A DNA stretch of 64,000 nt, from assembly GCF_000143415.4 (NCBI RefSeq), contig NW_003314305.1, positions 26,391-90,390 on the forward strand, read 5' to 3'. The translations under genes and the position numbers were made by a program. Positions 50,258 through 62,324 of the stretch are shown in pieces (position 1 is the stretch's first letter; the number at the start of each line of letters is the position of its first letter). The stretch is from Selaginella moellendorffii (taxonomy: Eukaryota > Plantae > Lycopodiophyta). The notes under the pieces were generated by a model. That model saw nothing but the letters and a program-made list of their open reading frames with translations, did not search any database and was not told the DNA's origin.

Positions 50258-51173
50258 ATGGTGAGAATCCAAGAAGAGGAGGAGGAGGAGGAGACGAAGA
50301 GGGCGCCCGGCGTCGCCGCCGAGGGGTGGGAGACGGCTAGCGATGGCGAGGATCGGTTCGAGGACGCACTGACGGAGGATCAGCAGCGCGAGGTGAGAGA
50401 GATTCCAGGTCGATTGATTGATTGATTGATTGATCCCGATTCCCGACTGGCCCCTTGTTTCCAGAGGGATGTTTCCCTGGCAGAGCGTGCCAAGGCCGAG
50501 GGGAATGCGGCGTACGCGCAAGGGATGTATCGAGACGCGCTCGCGGCCTACCAAGGTGCTTTGGAGCTCTTGGCTGACAACAACAACACAAATGCAAAGG
50601 AAATCTGCTCAATGTGTCTGTGTAACCGGGCAATGTGTTATCTACAGATTGTGAGGGAGCTTGGGTGTTGCTCTTTTTGATTCTCATCACTTTGCTTTTC
50701 TTTTGCTGGCAGGATGAGTACGAAGAAGCAGTTCACGAGAGTTCCAAAGCCATCGAATTGAATCCGGCTTACATCAAGGCATTCTTAAGGAGAGCGCAAG
50801 CTCACGAAAAAGTGGACAAGCTAGAAGACTCCCTTGCCGGTAGGCTAAGCTAAGCTTTCTTCCTTGGCGGACAACCTCTTGCTTGATCTTTACAGATATG
50901 AAGAAGGTGCTGGAGCTTGATCCGGCAAATAAAGAAGCAGCCAAGGCGGTGAGACGATTAGAACCAGTTGTAGCCGAGCGACGCGAAAAGATGAAAGAAG
51001 AGATGCTGGGTAAGCTTTTTGGCTGATGAGAATGGACACTAATAACCTGGACTGCAGGGAAGCTCAAGGAGCTTGGAAACTCTGTCCTGGGTCGATTTGG
51101 TATGAGCGTTGACAATTTCAAGAGCGTTAAGGACCCGGAAACAGGCTCGTATTCCATCTCCTATCAGCCATAA
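50258..51173 (+). CDS. TTC1: Tetratricopeptide repeat protein 1-like
   Basis: AKAEGN...NRAMCY...KAFLRRAQAHE; C-terminal GKLKELGNSVLGRFGMSVDNF...GSYSISY. Confidence 0.88.
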
Positions 51174-51207
51174 GTAGCGCTAGTCGGCCCAATCTGTGTC
51201 TGTTTCG

Positions 51208-54015
51208 TCACCAGTAATCACCACACGAGCAGGTTCCGCTGGTGAAGTGGTGGTAGCGACTCGAGTCTCTCATCAGGATGTCACGTCCAGTCACCTTGGA
51301 TATCAACTTGGTTGCTGTATGGCAGTCGCTGCAGACTCGGAGGTTCTTGATCACTCTGAGGGGTGATCCACTGGGGGTGCTCATCAGTCCAAATGCAATC
51401 GCCAGCTTCTCACTGTGCCTCATGAGCAGCCTCTCCTTGTGCTCCTGGCTCACATCGTGCAGCACCAGCCCTGTGTCAGCGACGTAGCCAGCAGCCTTGA
51501 TACTCCAGTGAAGCCGCTCCAGTTCCAAGTAGATCTCCTCCGACTTGGGATGGGACTTATCTCCGGCCGAGAAAGAATGCAGCTCCTGGTTCACCTCCAC
51601 AGCACTGCAGCCGGGGTCTGCTCGTATTCCTTTGTCCAGCATTGTCTTGCGGATAGTGGCGGCCTCATTCCATCGACCAGCAGCAGCATACATGCTCGCC
51701 AGAACGATGTAACTCGACGCCACCTCGGGGTCGAGCTGCATTATCCGCTCCGCGCAGCGCTCTCCTCTCTCCAGCTCCTTGCTGTTCTTGCAAGCGTCGA
51801 GAAGAGCCATCCAGGTGATCACGTCGGCTTGGGACGTCCTTTCCAGCAGCTTCTCAGCCTCGTCCAGTCGCCCACACCGTCCCAGCAGATCGACGATGCA
51901 GCTGAAGTGCTTGGAGGCGGGAACGATGCCGTGGTCGGGTGTCATGCCGGACAGGAGCTCGCATCCTTGCTCGAGTTTCCCACCATGGTTGCAAGCTGTG
52001 AGAGCACTGATGAAAGTTATGTGGTTGGGCCTCACGCCCTGCTGCTGCATCGTCCAAAACAGCTTGAGAGCCCTCTCCGCCTGGCCATACTGCGCGTACC
52101 CGGCGACCAGGCTCGTCCAAGCGATCACGTCCTCTTGGTTGCTACTCGACTTGTCGAAGATGGCTTGTGCGTCGTCCAAGCTTCCGCACTTGGCATACAT
52201 GTTGAGCAGCGCGTTTTGGATCACGGTGTCCGACTCAAACCCGTTGCTCACGACACGGGCGTGGATCTCCCGGCCTTGGGCAATGCTCGTTCGGCTAGTA
52301 CTCGCGTCCAAAACCGCAACGAAAGTCACCTTGTTTGGTTTCACCAGCTTCTCGGCCTCCATCGCCTGGAAGAGCTCAAACGCCTCCTTTCCAAGCCCGT
52401 GGTGTCCGTAGGCCGCCAGCATCGAGTTCCAGGTGATACAGTCCCGGCGAGTGGGAGATATCCTTTCAAACACGGCCCGAGCATCAGCCAAGCTTCCACA
52501 CTTGGCGTACATGTTGAGGGTGGCGTTGGCGACTGCAGTGTCTCCCTCCAGCCCGGCCTCCTCCAGCAGCGACTGAATCCTCTTCCCAATTGCGCTAGCA
52601 GTTTGAGGAGGATAGGCAGCACAGGCAGTGAGAGCAGTGATGAAGGTTGCAACACTTGGTCTCACGCCTTCCAGCAGCATTCGCTCGAACAGAACGAGCG
52701 CCTCTCGGGGACGGTGGTGCTGGAGATAGGCCGCAGCCATGGCGTTCCACGACACGACGTCGGGACTCTGGATGGCATCAAACGTGGCTCTAGCTCGCGA
52801 CAAGTCGTTGGATCGAGCGTAAGTGGTGAGCAGCGTCGTGCCGAGAACGTTGTCCCTGGTGGCTGAGACGACCTCCATGGCCTGCTCGAGTACGAATGCG
52901 GTGGCCGACCCAACCGGCAGCATGGAGCAGGCATTGAGCACCGAGACGAGCGTCACTCCACTGGGCTTTGTTCCTTCCAAGTTCATCGCGTAGAAGAGCC
53001 GGAGTGACTCCTGGGGCCATCCATTCTGCCAGCACGCCGAGATCATGGCCGAGCATGTCACCAGACTGGTGCTGGGCTCCTCGTCGCTCTTCCGGAGGAA
53101 CACCTCCCACGCGTCGTCGAGGCTGCCAAGTTTCCCATAGCTGTCCACCAGCGCCGTGCGAACGAAGGCCTCCCTCTCGATCCCAGCGCCCACGATCCTG
53201 CCGTGGATCGCCCTCACGTCCTCGAGCGACAAGAGCCCCGCCTCCACGCACGAATCCAGGACGCTGACAAAGGTGACGCTGTTGGGTGGCGGAGCTCCGT
53301 CGTGGTCCATGTCCCGGAAGAGCTGGAGCGCCTCTCGCGCGGACCCATTGCGGAGGAACGCCGAGATCATGGCATTCCAAGTCACGACGTCGCGCTTGGA
53401 AGCTCTTGGCAACCGATCGAAGGCCTGCTTCGCGTCGATGAGGCTCCCACACTTGCTATACATGCTGATGAGCGCATTGCCCAGCACGGAGTTCTCCTCG
53501 AAGTCGCGGTCGCTGATCTGCGAATGGATTCTCCGCCCCGCTGCCAGATTGCCCAGGCAAGAACACGCGTTGACGAGCGCGATGAGTGCGTGGCAATTGG
53601 GCCTCACTTCCATCCGATCGAAGAGCTCCATGGCCTTGTCGGGGCGGCCGTGCTCCATCCACGCCCGAATCATGGCCGTGCACGAGTAGACGCTCGCGAA
53701 TCGATCCGCCAGGGCCTCTGCCTCCGCGAGGTTGCCACATTTGGCGTGCATGACGATGAGATCGCTGGCGAGGAAGCTGTGGTTGTGGAGGTCGATGCGC
53801 CGCGAGAGGATGTGAGCGTGGAGGCGCTGGCCCTGCTTGAGGGCGCGCAGCCGACCGCATGCCTGGAGGAGGCAGCCGTAGGTACTGGGCGCGCAGTGGC
53901 CTTGATCCGCGATGATCCGCGACACTGCCGCCGTTAAATCCTCCACGCCAAGGCGCTGGATTGCTGCTCGTCGCAGTGATGATGCTGCGGCGGCGCCTGG
54001 CCGCGCTACCTGCAT
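51208..54015 (-). CDS. PLS-class PPR protein with E and DYW deaminase domains (organellar C-to-U editing factor type), intronless
   Basis: 935-aa ORF, repeated NALxxMYxKCGS / VVTWNAMI; HSEKLA, CSDCH, CSCGDYW. Confidence 0.97.
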   Translation of the reverse strand: MQVARPGAAAASSLRRAAIQRLGVEDLTAAVSRIIADQGHCAPSTYGCLLQACGRLRALKQGQRLHAHILSRRIDLHNHSFLASDLIVMHAKCGNLAEAEALADRFASVYSCTAMIRAWMEHGRPDKAMELFDRMEVRPNCHALIALVNACSCLGNLAAGRRIHSQISDRDFEENSVLGNALISMYSKCGSLIDAKQAFDRLPRASKRDVVTWNAMISAFLRNGSAREALQLFRDMDHDGAPPPNSVTFVSVLDSCVEAGLLSLEDVRAIHGRIVGAGIEREAFVRTALVDSYGKLGSLDDAWEVFLRKSDEEPSTSLVTCSAMISACWQNGWPQESLRLFYAMNLEGTKPSGVTLVSVLNACSMLPVGSATAFVLEQAMEVVSATRDNVLGTTLLTTYARSNDLSRARATFDAIQSPDVVSWNAMAAAYLQHHRPREALVLFERMLLEGVRPSVATFITALTACAAYPPQTASAIGKRIQSLLEEAGLEGDTAVANATLNMYAKCGSLADARAVFERISPTRRDCITWNSMLAAYGHHGLGKEAFELFQAMEAEKLVKPNKVTFVAVLDASTSRTSIAQGREIHARVVSNGFESDTVIQNALLNMYAKCGSLDDAQAIFDKSSSNQEDVIAWTSLVAGYAQYGQAERALKLFWTMQQQGVRPNHITFISALTACNHGGKLEQGCELLSGMTPDHGIVPASKHFSCIVDLLGRCGRLDEAEKLLERTSQADVITWMALLDACKNSKELERGERCAERIMQLDPEVASSYIVLASMYAAAGRWNEAATIRKTMLDKGIRADPGCSAVEVNQELHSFSAGDKSHPKSEEIYLELERLHWSIKAAGYVADTGLVLHDVSQEHKERLLMRHSEKLAIAFGLMSTPSGSPLRVIKNLRVCSDCHTATKLISKVTGRDILMRDSSRYHHFTSGTCSCGDYW

Positions 54016-54110
54016 CGCTCCATCTTGAACCCTGGCCTAGAACCCTGGAAGAGAGAGATTTCCCTGCCATTTTAGGGTTCTTGAGCAAAATCTAGCTCCA
54101 TTTTAAATTT

Positions 54111-54552
54111 CTACTCGTGATCCACAGCTGTGACGGTGCTGCTGATGAGCGATTGCGCGTTGCTCAGCCTGGCGCTCATCTCCTCGTTGACGGCATCCAC
54201 GGCGCGCAGCATCCCAATCTCCTCCTCCCATTTCTCCACTTGCTTCTGGTGCAATCTGCGCGAGAGATCAAGGGAAGAAAACGCAAGCGATCGATAGGAG
54301 ATCAAGGATACTGGACGACGCTCTCCTCGAACGCGCTGGCTACTTCGGTGAAGAAGGATTTCCCGGCCTCCAAGAGGCCAGACACCTATGTAATCTCGAT
54401 CGAGCAAGCTCGCGGAGGGGAAATTTATCGCCAAGTACCTGCTGCGTGAACTGCTCGATCTTGTGCTGGATCTGCTGGATGCTGGCTTCCATCTCGGCGC
54501 TCGCCTCCCGCTGCCGCTTCTTGCTCGACTCGGGCGATCCAGCCTCCTCCAT
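54111..54552 (-). CDS. Small conserved plant coiled-coil protein, 3 exons (possibly knotted1-binding-protein-like)
   Basis: Spliced product ...KIEQFTQQVSGLLEAGKSFFTEVASAFEE...HQKQVEKWEEEI; family name recalled, unverified. Confidence 0.65.
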
Positions 54553-54646
54553 CGCAAGAACCCTAAACCAAAATGGCGGGGAATTCATCGTTTAAATTAG
54601 TGTTGTGTGCTCGTGATCGAATCGATCAAATGATTCCTAGTATTTT

Positions 54647-57600
54647 TTATTTCTTGTCATCGCTGCCCTTCTTGTGGCTCGTCTCTAGCTGCCTTTGGAC
54701 CTCGGCCGACACACCCAAGTGCTTGTAGTACTCCATTGTGAACTCTCCTTTACCCTGCTTACCGCGGCACATTTTTAATGTGGACACCTACACAAACTCT
54801 GAGATTGACAAACCTGAGTCATTGATCGCAGCGACGTCGAGTATCCAAACATGTTGTTGAGAGGAATCTGGAAATCCAGAACAAAAGGTTAGTTGATACA
54901 ACTCTGGCACGAAAGACTTACGTGACACGTGATAACCGCATCGTCGCCCTCTTGCTCGCTGTTGACGATCATGCCCTTGCGCCTGTCGCCGCCGTGGTGT
55001 TAGAGCAAGAGAAGAACTAACGCTAATGCCATACCTGTTGATGTCGCCAACCACAGGTCCCTGGAACTCCGTGGGGGCTTTGATCTCGACAAGCATGACT
55101 GGTTCTAGAATGACAGGATCGGCAGCAGGATAACACTAGACAGCAGAGAGGTATGTGTTCTATCAAAAGTTTATAACAATAAGCGATGTGTTTTACCTGT
55201 CTAAATGCGTACAGAGCAGCCAGCTTGAAAGCAAGCTCACTGGAATCTACCGCATGAGCAGCACCGTCGGTCAGGACAATACGAATTCCTTCAACGGGGT
55301 GGCCAATCAATGAGCCCCTGGCAAAAGGAAGCAAGCCGTTTTGTCAGCACGAGTACAAACACTAGCTTACGAGTTGCAAGCCTCGATGAATCCCTTTTCG
55401 ATTGAAGGAATGTAGCTGTTTGGAATTGCTTGACCGACAAGCATATTTTTAAACTCAAACTTGACTTCGGAATCCTCTGGAAGCGGTTCAATGTAGCTGT
55501 TTATTTATCCAGCAAGATTAGTATAGTAACTATAGAAAAGCAAGAGAAGCTCACCCTTCCACGCGACCGTATTGACCCTGGCCACCACTTTGCTTCTTGT
55601 GTAAATAGTTGAAATCCGCCCTGGTGCTGATGGCCTCTCTGAAGTTCACTTGAGGCTTGCCAACAGTTGCTTCTACCTGATAGCTTCAGCGTCATGAAGA
55701 GCAAAACAGAAGTGCACCTGTCAACCTTATATTCTCTCTTCATGCGTTCCACGTAAATGTCAAGATGCAGCTCCCCCATCCCCGAAATGAGGGTCTGAAA
55801 CGAGACAAACGGTCAGAAAAAATATTATTGAAGCATACAACATCCATACCTGTCCACTTTCCGGATCTAGCTTAACACGGAAGGTAGGATCTTCCTTCTG
55901 AAATCGGTTCAGCGCCTTGGAAAACTGCCATACAAAAGAATCAGCTTGTGTGAAGACTAAATAGAAGACATTGTGAACCTGAGCTGATGCATCCTTTGAC
56001 GAAACAGCGATCGCGAGAGACATGACCGGTTCGGGAACGGTCATCGACGTCATTGTATACCTTACTGAACCGTCAGTGAAGGTATCGCCTGGAAAACCCC
56101 AACGATAATAACCTCAAGATACACAAGCAAGCATCAAGTAGAACCTGACGAACACTCTATCCCAAACATTGCAACAATTTCTCCAGCATGTGCCGATTGG
56201 ATGTCCTGTCCAGCAAGACTGAGCTAGATAAAATACGAAAGACAAGTTACCTCCATGTCATCTGCGTGCATTTTCACCAGTCTTGGAACCTGCAATGGCC
56301 AGAGTCACGCTCAGCAAAAGGATAGAATGGCAACCGATGTTACTGACTTTAACTTTCTTGCCAGTAACAACATTGAGTAGATTCTCCCCACGCCTAATTG
56401 TGCCTTCATAAATTCTAAACGAAGATTGCTAGATATCAACTTGAAATGAAGAACAGCCATTACCTCAAATACGTCAGCTGTCCAAACCGGCCTTCTTCAA
56501 GTTTGAAGGCCAGAGCTACGAAGGGACCAGTTGGAGACCCAGTTATCGCAACCTAGAAACAATAAAACATCAAACAAAACTCGATGTTACAAGTTCATCA
56601 GGCTGACCTTTTCTTCCTTCTTATTTTGATCCAAGGCGTAATTTGAGACATCAGTGGGACACGGCAGAAATGAGCACACTCCGTTCAAAAGCAGTTGGAC
56701 ACCCTGCACCAAAACTTTAATTTACAGAACCCAGGAATGATGACCATCACCTTGTTCTTGAAGGCACTACCCATAAAAACTGGAGTGAACCGTAACGCTA
56801 TTGTAGCTCGCCGAATTGCCGCCTGTAAACCAAGCAATCCTGCCGAGCTCATAACAAAAAAAGAAAATGCAGACATCTTACTTCAAGTTCAGTTGGCGTT
56901 ATTGGTTCGTCGTTGACAAATCTTTCTGCAAGATCGTCATCAACTTCCGACACAATTTCAATAAGCGCTCGCCGCCTGTCAGCTGCTTCTTTCATTAGCT
57001 CGGTAGGGATTTCCTTTTGGACAAGTTTTTCCCTGTAAGAAGATGTTTGTTGAAATTCATCTAAAGTAATAAACACACGAACCCGTGAGCTCCTTCAAAA
57101 TAAAACGCTCTTTCGTGGATGAGATCAACGAGACCCCGATGTTCGCCCTCAAGACCAATCGGCATTTGCACCGCGGCACAGTTATGGCGCAGCTTGCTCC
57201 TAAGCTAATTCGCCAAAAGAAATAAACAATTATAAAGAACGAAAGGATGCAGGGTTTAGATGCACGTAGAGTTTTCACCTGTTCGATAACTCTCCATGGA
57301 TCGGCACCAGCGCGATCGAGCTTGTTGATGAACGCCAGACGAGGTACATCGTATCTCTTCATTTGCCGGTCTACAGTAATGGACTGGCTTTGCACACCAC
57401 TCACGCTGCACAGCACAAGAATTGCGCCATCCAGCACGCGCAAAGCTCGCTCCACTTCGATCGTAAAGTCGACGTGCCCAGGAGTATCGATGATGTTGAT
57501 CTAGAAAGAAACAAAATTGAAACTTTGTAAGGGAATGAAAAACGTCCATCTCACCTGGTGGTCACCCCAAACGCAGTGCGTAGCTGCGGACTGGATGGTG

Positions 57601-57977
57601 ATCCCTTTCTCGCGCTCCAGGTCCATGGAATCCATCTTGGCGCCGACGCCATCCTTGCCACGCACCTCGTGGATGGAATCGATCCGCCCGGTGTAGAACA
57701 AGATGCGCTCCGTAAGAGTCGTCTTGCCAGAGTCTATGTGGGCCGAGATTCCGATATTTCGGATCTTGTTCATCGTGTCTCGCCACGACTGATCCACGGG
57801 GGCGGGGCGAGCAAGAGCGGCCATGTAGCGCGCCTGGATCCATGGAGAAAATGGAGCAGCCAGAGGAGGAGGAGGAGGATTCCCTCTCGACAGCAGCGCC
57901 GAAATCCAACCGGAAGAGAAGGAGCGCTGGTGCCAGACCTGGAATGCGGCATTTGCCGCTCTCCTCGTGCTGCTCAT
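54647..57977 (-). CDS. Mitochondrial elongation factor G, many short introns
   Basis: [21 protein letters not shown]; [12 protein letters not shown]; DTPGHVDF; INKLDR; GMGELHL; [10 protein letters not shown]; transit-peptide-like N-terminus. Confidence 0.96.
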
Positions 57978-57982
57978 CGCTA

Positions 57983-57991
57983 AAACCCTAA
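57983..57991. promoter_or_regulatory. Telo-box AAACCCTAA next to the EF-G start (similar boxes at ~49930, ~54559, ~60711)
   Basis: Motif read directly; function inferred from the known plant telo-box. Confidence 0.4.
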
Positions 57992-58458
57992 AACCCGAAA
58001 TCTAGGGCACACTATAGGCAAAAATGAAAATGTCCGTACGGTAGATAGAAATGGACAACACGACCACGTGTACGGCTGACGTGCCAGTATAAAATGGAGG
58101 ACATGTAGTGTGTCTAGAAGGGGAAGGAGGCGCGGCGCGACCCTCCCCCTCTCTCTGCCGCCACCGCCACTAGGGCATCATCGCTCGGAGCTTCATCGCC
58201 ATAGCCACAGACGGAGCGAGTGTCACGCACACACACCGCCAGTCCATCGATCGATCGCTGCCATTCGCGGTCTCCTTCCTCCATTCCGTGGATCGATCCA
58301 TTGGCGCGGCGGCGGGCGCGGCGAGGGCACAGTTGAATTCATTGCCTGGCAGCCACTGGTGAGGTATGGTTGCACAGAGATTTCTTCTTCTTTCACTAGG
58401 GTTTTTGGAATCGTAGCTCCCCCGTTTAGGTCATTCCATCGCTGACGCCGATCGATCC

Positions 58459-60456
58459 ATGGCTGAATCAGGAGGAACCTTGATGCAGCAAACGGAATCG
58501 TCATCATCGCCATCGAGAAGCGACAACGCCATGACTGCCGCCGCCGCCGCCACCACAGCTTTTGCTGCTCCAAAGCACAACAAGGTGGTGAATCGCGGGG
58601 CTGGCGTCTGGGTCGTAAAGTCTGAGCTCGCAAAGGCAGTGGCAGAAGTGAGCACTGCCAAATCGGATTCGGACATCACCGAAACGCAAAAAGGCGTGGA
58701 CACACCCAGTGTCGATACCGGATCTGGGAGTGATCCCGGTGTTGTGCCCGAGCAGCAGCAGCAGAACCAAACACTCACTCGGCAGATTTCTCTGAGCAAA
58801 CTAAATGCTGGAGCACCGGTCTTTGTTCCCAAGGCGACGTCTCCTCAGCCTCCTCCCGCGGCTTTGCAGCCTGGTCAGCCAGGTGTTCTCTCGTTTCCAC
58901 CAATGCCAGTCCAGCCATCTCCGCCGGAAGCTCCCTCGGTTGTGGACGTGGATGACCAGAATGCTTCGGTGCCGTCGTCCTCTCAGAAGTCGTCTGCTCT
59001 CAGTGAAGATACTCGCGCTCAAGTCGTCCAGCAGGTGAAGTCTCGTTGTCTTTTTACATAGTCTCTCCTGCTGACGATTTGTGATAGGTGGAGTTTTATT
59101 TCAGTGATGCCAACCTTCCAACAGATAACTACTTGATGAAGTTCATCAAAAAGGATCCCGAAGGTTTCGGTAAGGCCCGCCTATTCTGTTCGTGGAAACA
59201 AGCTTTTTACAGCGTTCGTTTTGGACAGTTCCGATACCGATCATCGGATCGTTCAGAAAGATCAAGCAGCTTACAAAGAATTACGGTGCTTTAGCTGCAG
59301 CTCTAAGATCCTCTTCCAAACTTGTACGTTGTTCGCACAAATATTCCAGAAGTATCTGAAATTCTTAAATGTTCCAGGTAGTCAGCGAAGACGGGAAGAA
59401 AGTGAGGCGGGCTGAGCCACTTGCTGATATTGACCTTGACGAAATCCAGGTAAGCCCTTCTACTGGCTAGAAACTAGCCACCTGATCTGTTTTACGTTAT
59501 AAAGGGACGAACAGTCGTAGCTGAGAACCTGCCGGAGGATCACTCCATACAAAGCCTAGAAAAGCTATTTGGAACGATTGGAAGGTATGTACTCGCTGAT
59601 TTTGAGGGCTCTTGTTCATGTTGGACATGTTGTGTTCTGGCAGCGTGAAAATGGTAAGAGTGTGCGAACCAGGATCTGCAAACAGTGTCAATAATGCTGC
59701 ATTGGCGAAGCACTCTAAAACCGACAGAGTTGTTAGTAATAAGCTGCATGCTCTGGTAGAGTACGAGACTCTTGAGCAAGCCGAGAAAGCTGTAAGTCAT
59801 GCGGATAATGTTTTTTTTTCTACTTGGATTATCTTATCGGCTTGCTCAGGTTGCGGAGCTGACTGACCAACGAAACTGGAGGAGCGGTCTTCACGTACGT
59901 CTTCTGCTCAGACGAATGGTATGGACTTTGCTGTGGATGAAGTTGAGGAAAAACTCTTGGAGTGTTTTCAGTATCCTGCCAGCAAGCACAATCATGGAGC
60001 CAAGGGCCGAAAGTCTTCGACGGACGAAGAGGATCTGGAAAGTAAAGGTGAGGGCGCCTCAGAAGCATCACCATCGACAGATGAAACAACGGTACTGGCA
60101 TTTTTCATCCCTTCTCTCGTCACTGACTTTCGTGTTCTTAGGCAACGGGAGCTCCTGACACGGAGAAAGACAGCGCAAAGCGTGGAGTTCAGCAGCAGGC
60201 CGGGGGAAGAGGTCGTGGACGGGGGGGCCGAGGGCGAGGGAGAGGCGGAGGAGGATTGATCAACGCCAACGGTGGCATGCTGGGGACATCTCCACAGATA
60301 AGTTGCAGCCCTTCCATTGGCGAAACGATGGTAGCAAAGCCGCCGCCAGGCCCTCGAATGCCGGACGGAACTCGGGGCTTTAGTTTTGGGCGTGGAAGTG
60401 GTGCTGCCGCCACTGCTGTTGCCAAGGCCAGCCAAGCTCGCCCTGGCTCGCTATGA
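58459..60456 (+). CDS. LARP6: La-related protein 6 (PAM2, La motif, RRM, LSA/SUZ-C)
   Basis: SKLNAGAPVFVP; VEFYFSDANL; RTVVAENLPED; PGPRMPDGTRGF. Confidence 0.92.
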
Positions 60457-60724
60457 TCTCCAAGGGGCTATAAGCGTTTCTAGGTGCTTGGTCAAATTGA
60501 AATACATATAATAGCTTGGATTTTGGCTTAATATAAAGCTTGGTGCTGTAACGCTGTTGCAAAGGGCCGCCCAAGCCAAGGTGGCACGGCTCTGTGGAAA
60601 CGAAGAGGCGAAATTACAAGAAATTACGCGAAGGTGAAAAAGGATTACTTTTTCCCTTTGACCTACCATTTTAAATTACATAGAGGCGTATGTATGTGGC
60701 GCGTTCCTCCTTAGGGTTTAATCG

Positions 60725-62105
60725 ATGATGACAAGATCCTGCAGGAGCCTCGTCTCTGGATTGCGCGATGCGGTGAGTAGATTCCCCTCCAGATTTCACT
60801 GGCTCGGGGGCGGAAGATCCGTGGCCACGAAAGCCGCGTGTAGCAGCTGCAGCAGCAGCAGTGTGGCGGCGGAGCGAGAAGACGAGGCGGGGCCGAGTGT
60901 GTCGGATATGCTGGTGGACTCTTTCGGCAGGAGGCACAATTACCTGCGAATCTCTCTCACGGAGCGCTGCAACCTTCGCTGCCACTACTGTATGCCCGAG
61001 GAAGGGGTGAAGCTCACGCCCGGCGCACACCTGCTGTCGCAGGACGAGATCGTGGCTCTGGCCAAGGTGTTTGTTGGCGGCGGCGTGGACAAGATACGGC
61101 TCACGGGAGGAGAGCCCACCGTGAGGGCGGACTTGACGGACATATGCCATCGCTTGAGCGGCTTGAGCGGTGTCAAGACTCTGGCCATGACAACCAACGG
61201 CCTGGTTCTGGAGCGCAAGCTGCCGCAGCTAAAGCAGGCAGGATTGAATCAGCTCAACATCAGTCTCGACACGCTGGTCCCGGCAAAGTTCGAGCTCCTC
61301 ACGCGGCGCAAGGGCCATGATCGTGTTCTTGACTCCATCGACGCGGCAGTGGAGCTGGGCTATGATCCCGTCAAGGTACATGTGTGACTTCGTTGGTTTC
61401 CTCCCCTGGGATTGAAGTTCAAGCAGGTCAATTGTGTAGTGATGCGAGGCGTCAACGACGATGAACTCGCCGACTTTGCGGAGCTCACAAGGCACAAACC
61501 GATCAACGTCCGGTTTATCGAGTTTATGCCGTTCGACGGAAACGTGTGGAGCTCCAAGAAACTAGTCTCTTACGCCGAGATGCATTCGAGGCTGGTAAGC
61601 CAAAAAGTTTCCATCAAACTCTCAATCTAGCTCTCGCTTTGAAGGCCCAACGTTACCCGTCTCTCAAGCGTCACTGTGATCATCCGAACGACACTGCAAA
61701 GAACTTCCACATCGAGGAATACCAAGGCTCTGTCTCGTTCATAAGCTCCATGACACAGCACTTTTGCGGCGGATGCAATCGGTTGAGACTAATGGCCGAT
61801 GGAAATCTCAAAGTCTGCCTCTTTGGAACAGCCGAGGTGCTTTTGCATGTATAACTGATCGATGATCTCTCACTGATTCACTGCTTACAGGTTAGCCTAA
61901 GGGACGCGTTAAGAAGTGGCGTTCCCAGTGATGAGCTCGAGCAAATCATCAGTCTAGCGGTGGGTTCTCGAGTATCCATAAGAATGGCTTGATATGTATC
62001 TATTCGTTTCCTCCCTAGCAGGTTAAGAGAAAGAAAGCAGCTCATGCCGGGATGTTTGAGCTTGCAAAGACACCAAACAGGCCCATGGTCCACATTGGTG
62101 GATGA
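60725..62105 (+). CDS. CNX2: GTP 3',8-cyclase (Moco biosynthesis, MoaA homologue)
   Basis: [17 protein letters not shown]; RLTGGEP; [10 protein letters not shown]; C-terminal PMVHIGG*. Confidence 0.96.
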
Positions 62106-62124
62106 TCTCCAACTATACTGTCTA

Positions 62125-62126
<2 letters not shown>

Positions 62127-62163
<37 letters not shown>
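62127..62163. repeat. (TATC)n microsatellite
   Basis: Read directly, just after the CNX2 stop. Confidence 0.9.
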
Positions 62164-62324
62164 TTATGTGAAGCATGAGACTGATGGAGTGTATCACCGG
62201 GTGTAGAGTAACTATAAGCAATATCCTTGAAGTTAACGAAAGTCAATCGTTGAAGCCTTTTATTGACTTTACGTTTACTTTCGCTTAGTTTACGCAAACT
62301 TCGTATATATTTAAGGTATGGTTC

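Noticed and set aside
51278-54088. Long antisense and alternate-frame ORFs over the PPR gene
   Set aside because: Shadow ORFs expected from a GC-rich CDS; no domains
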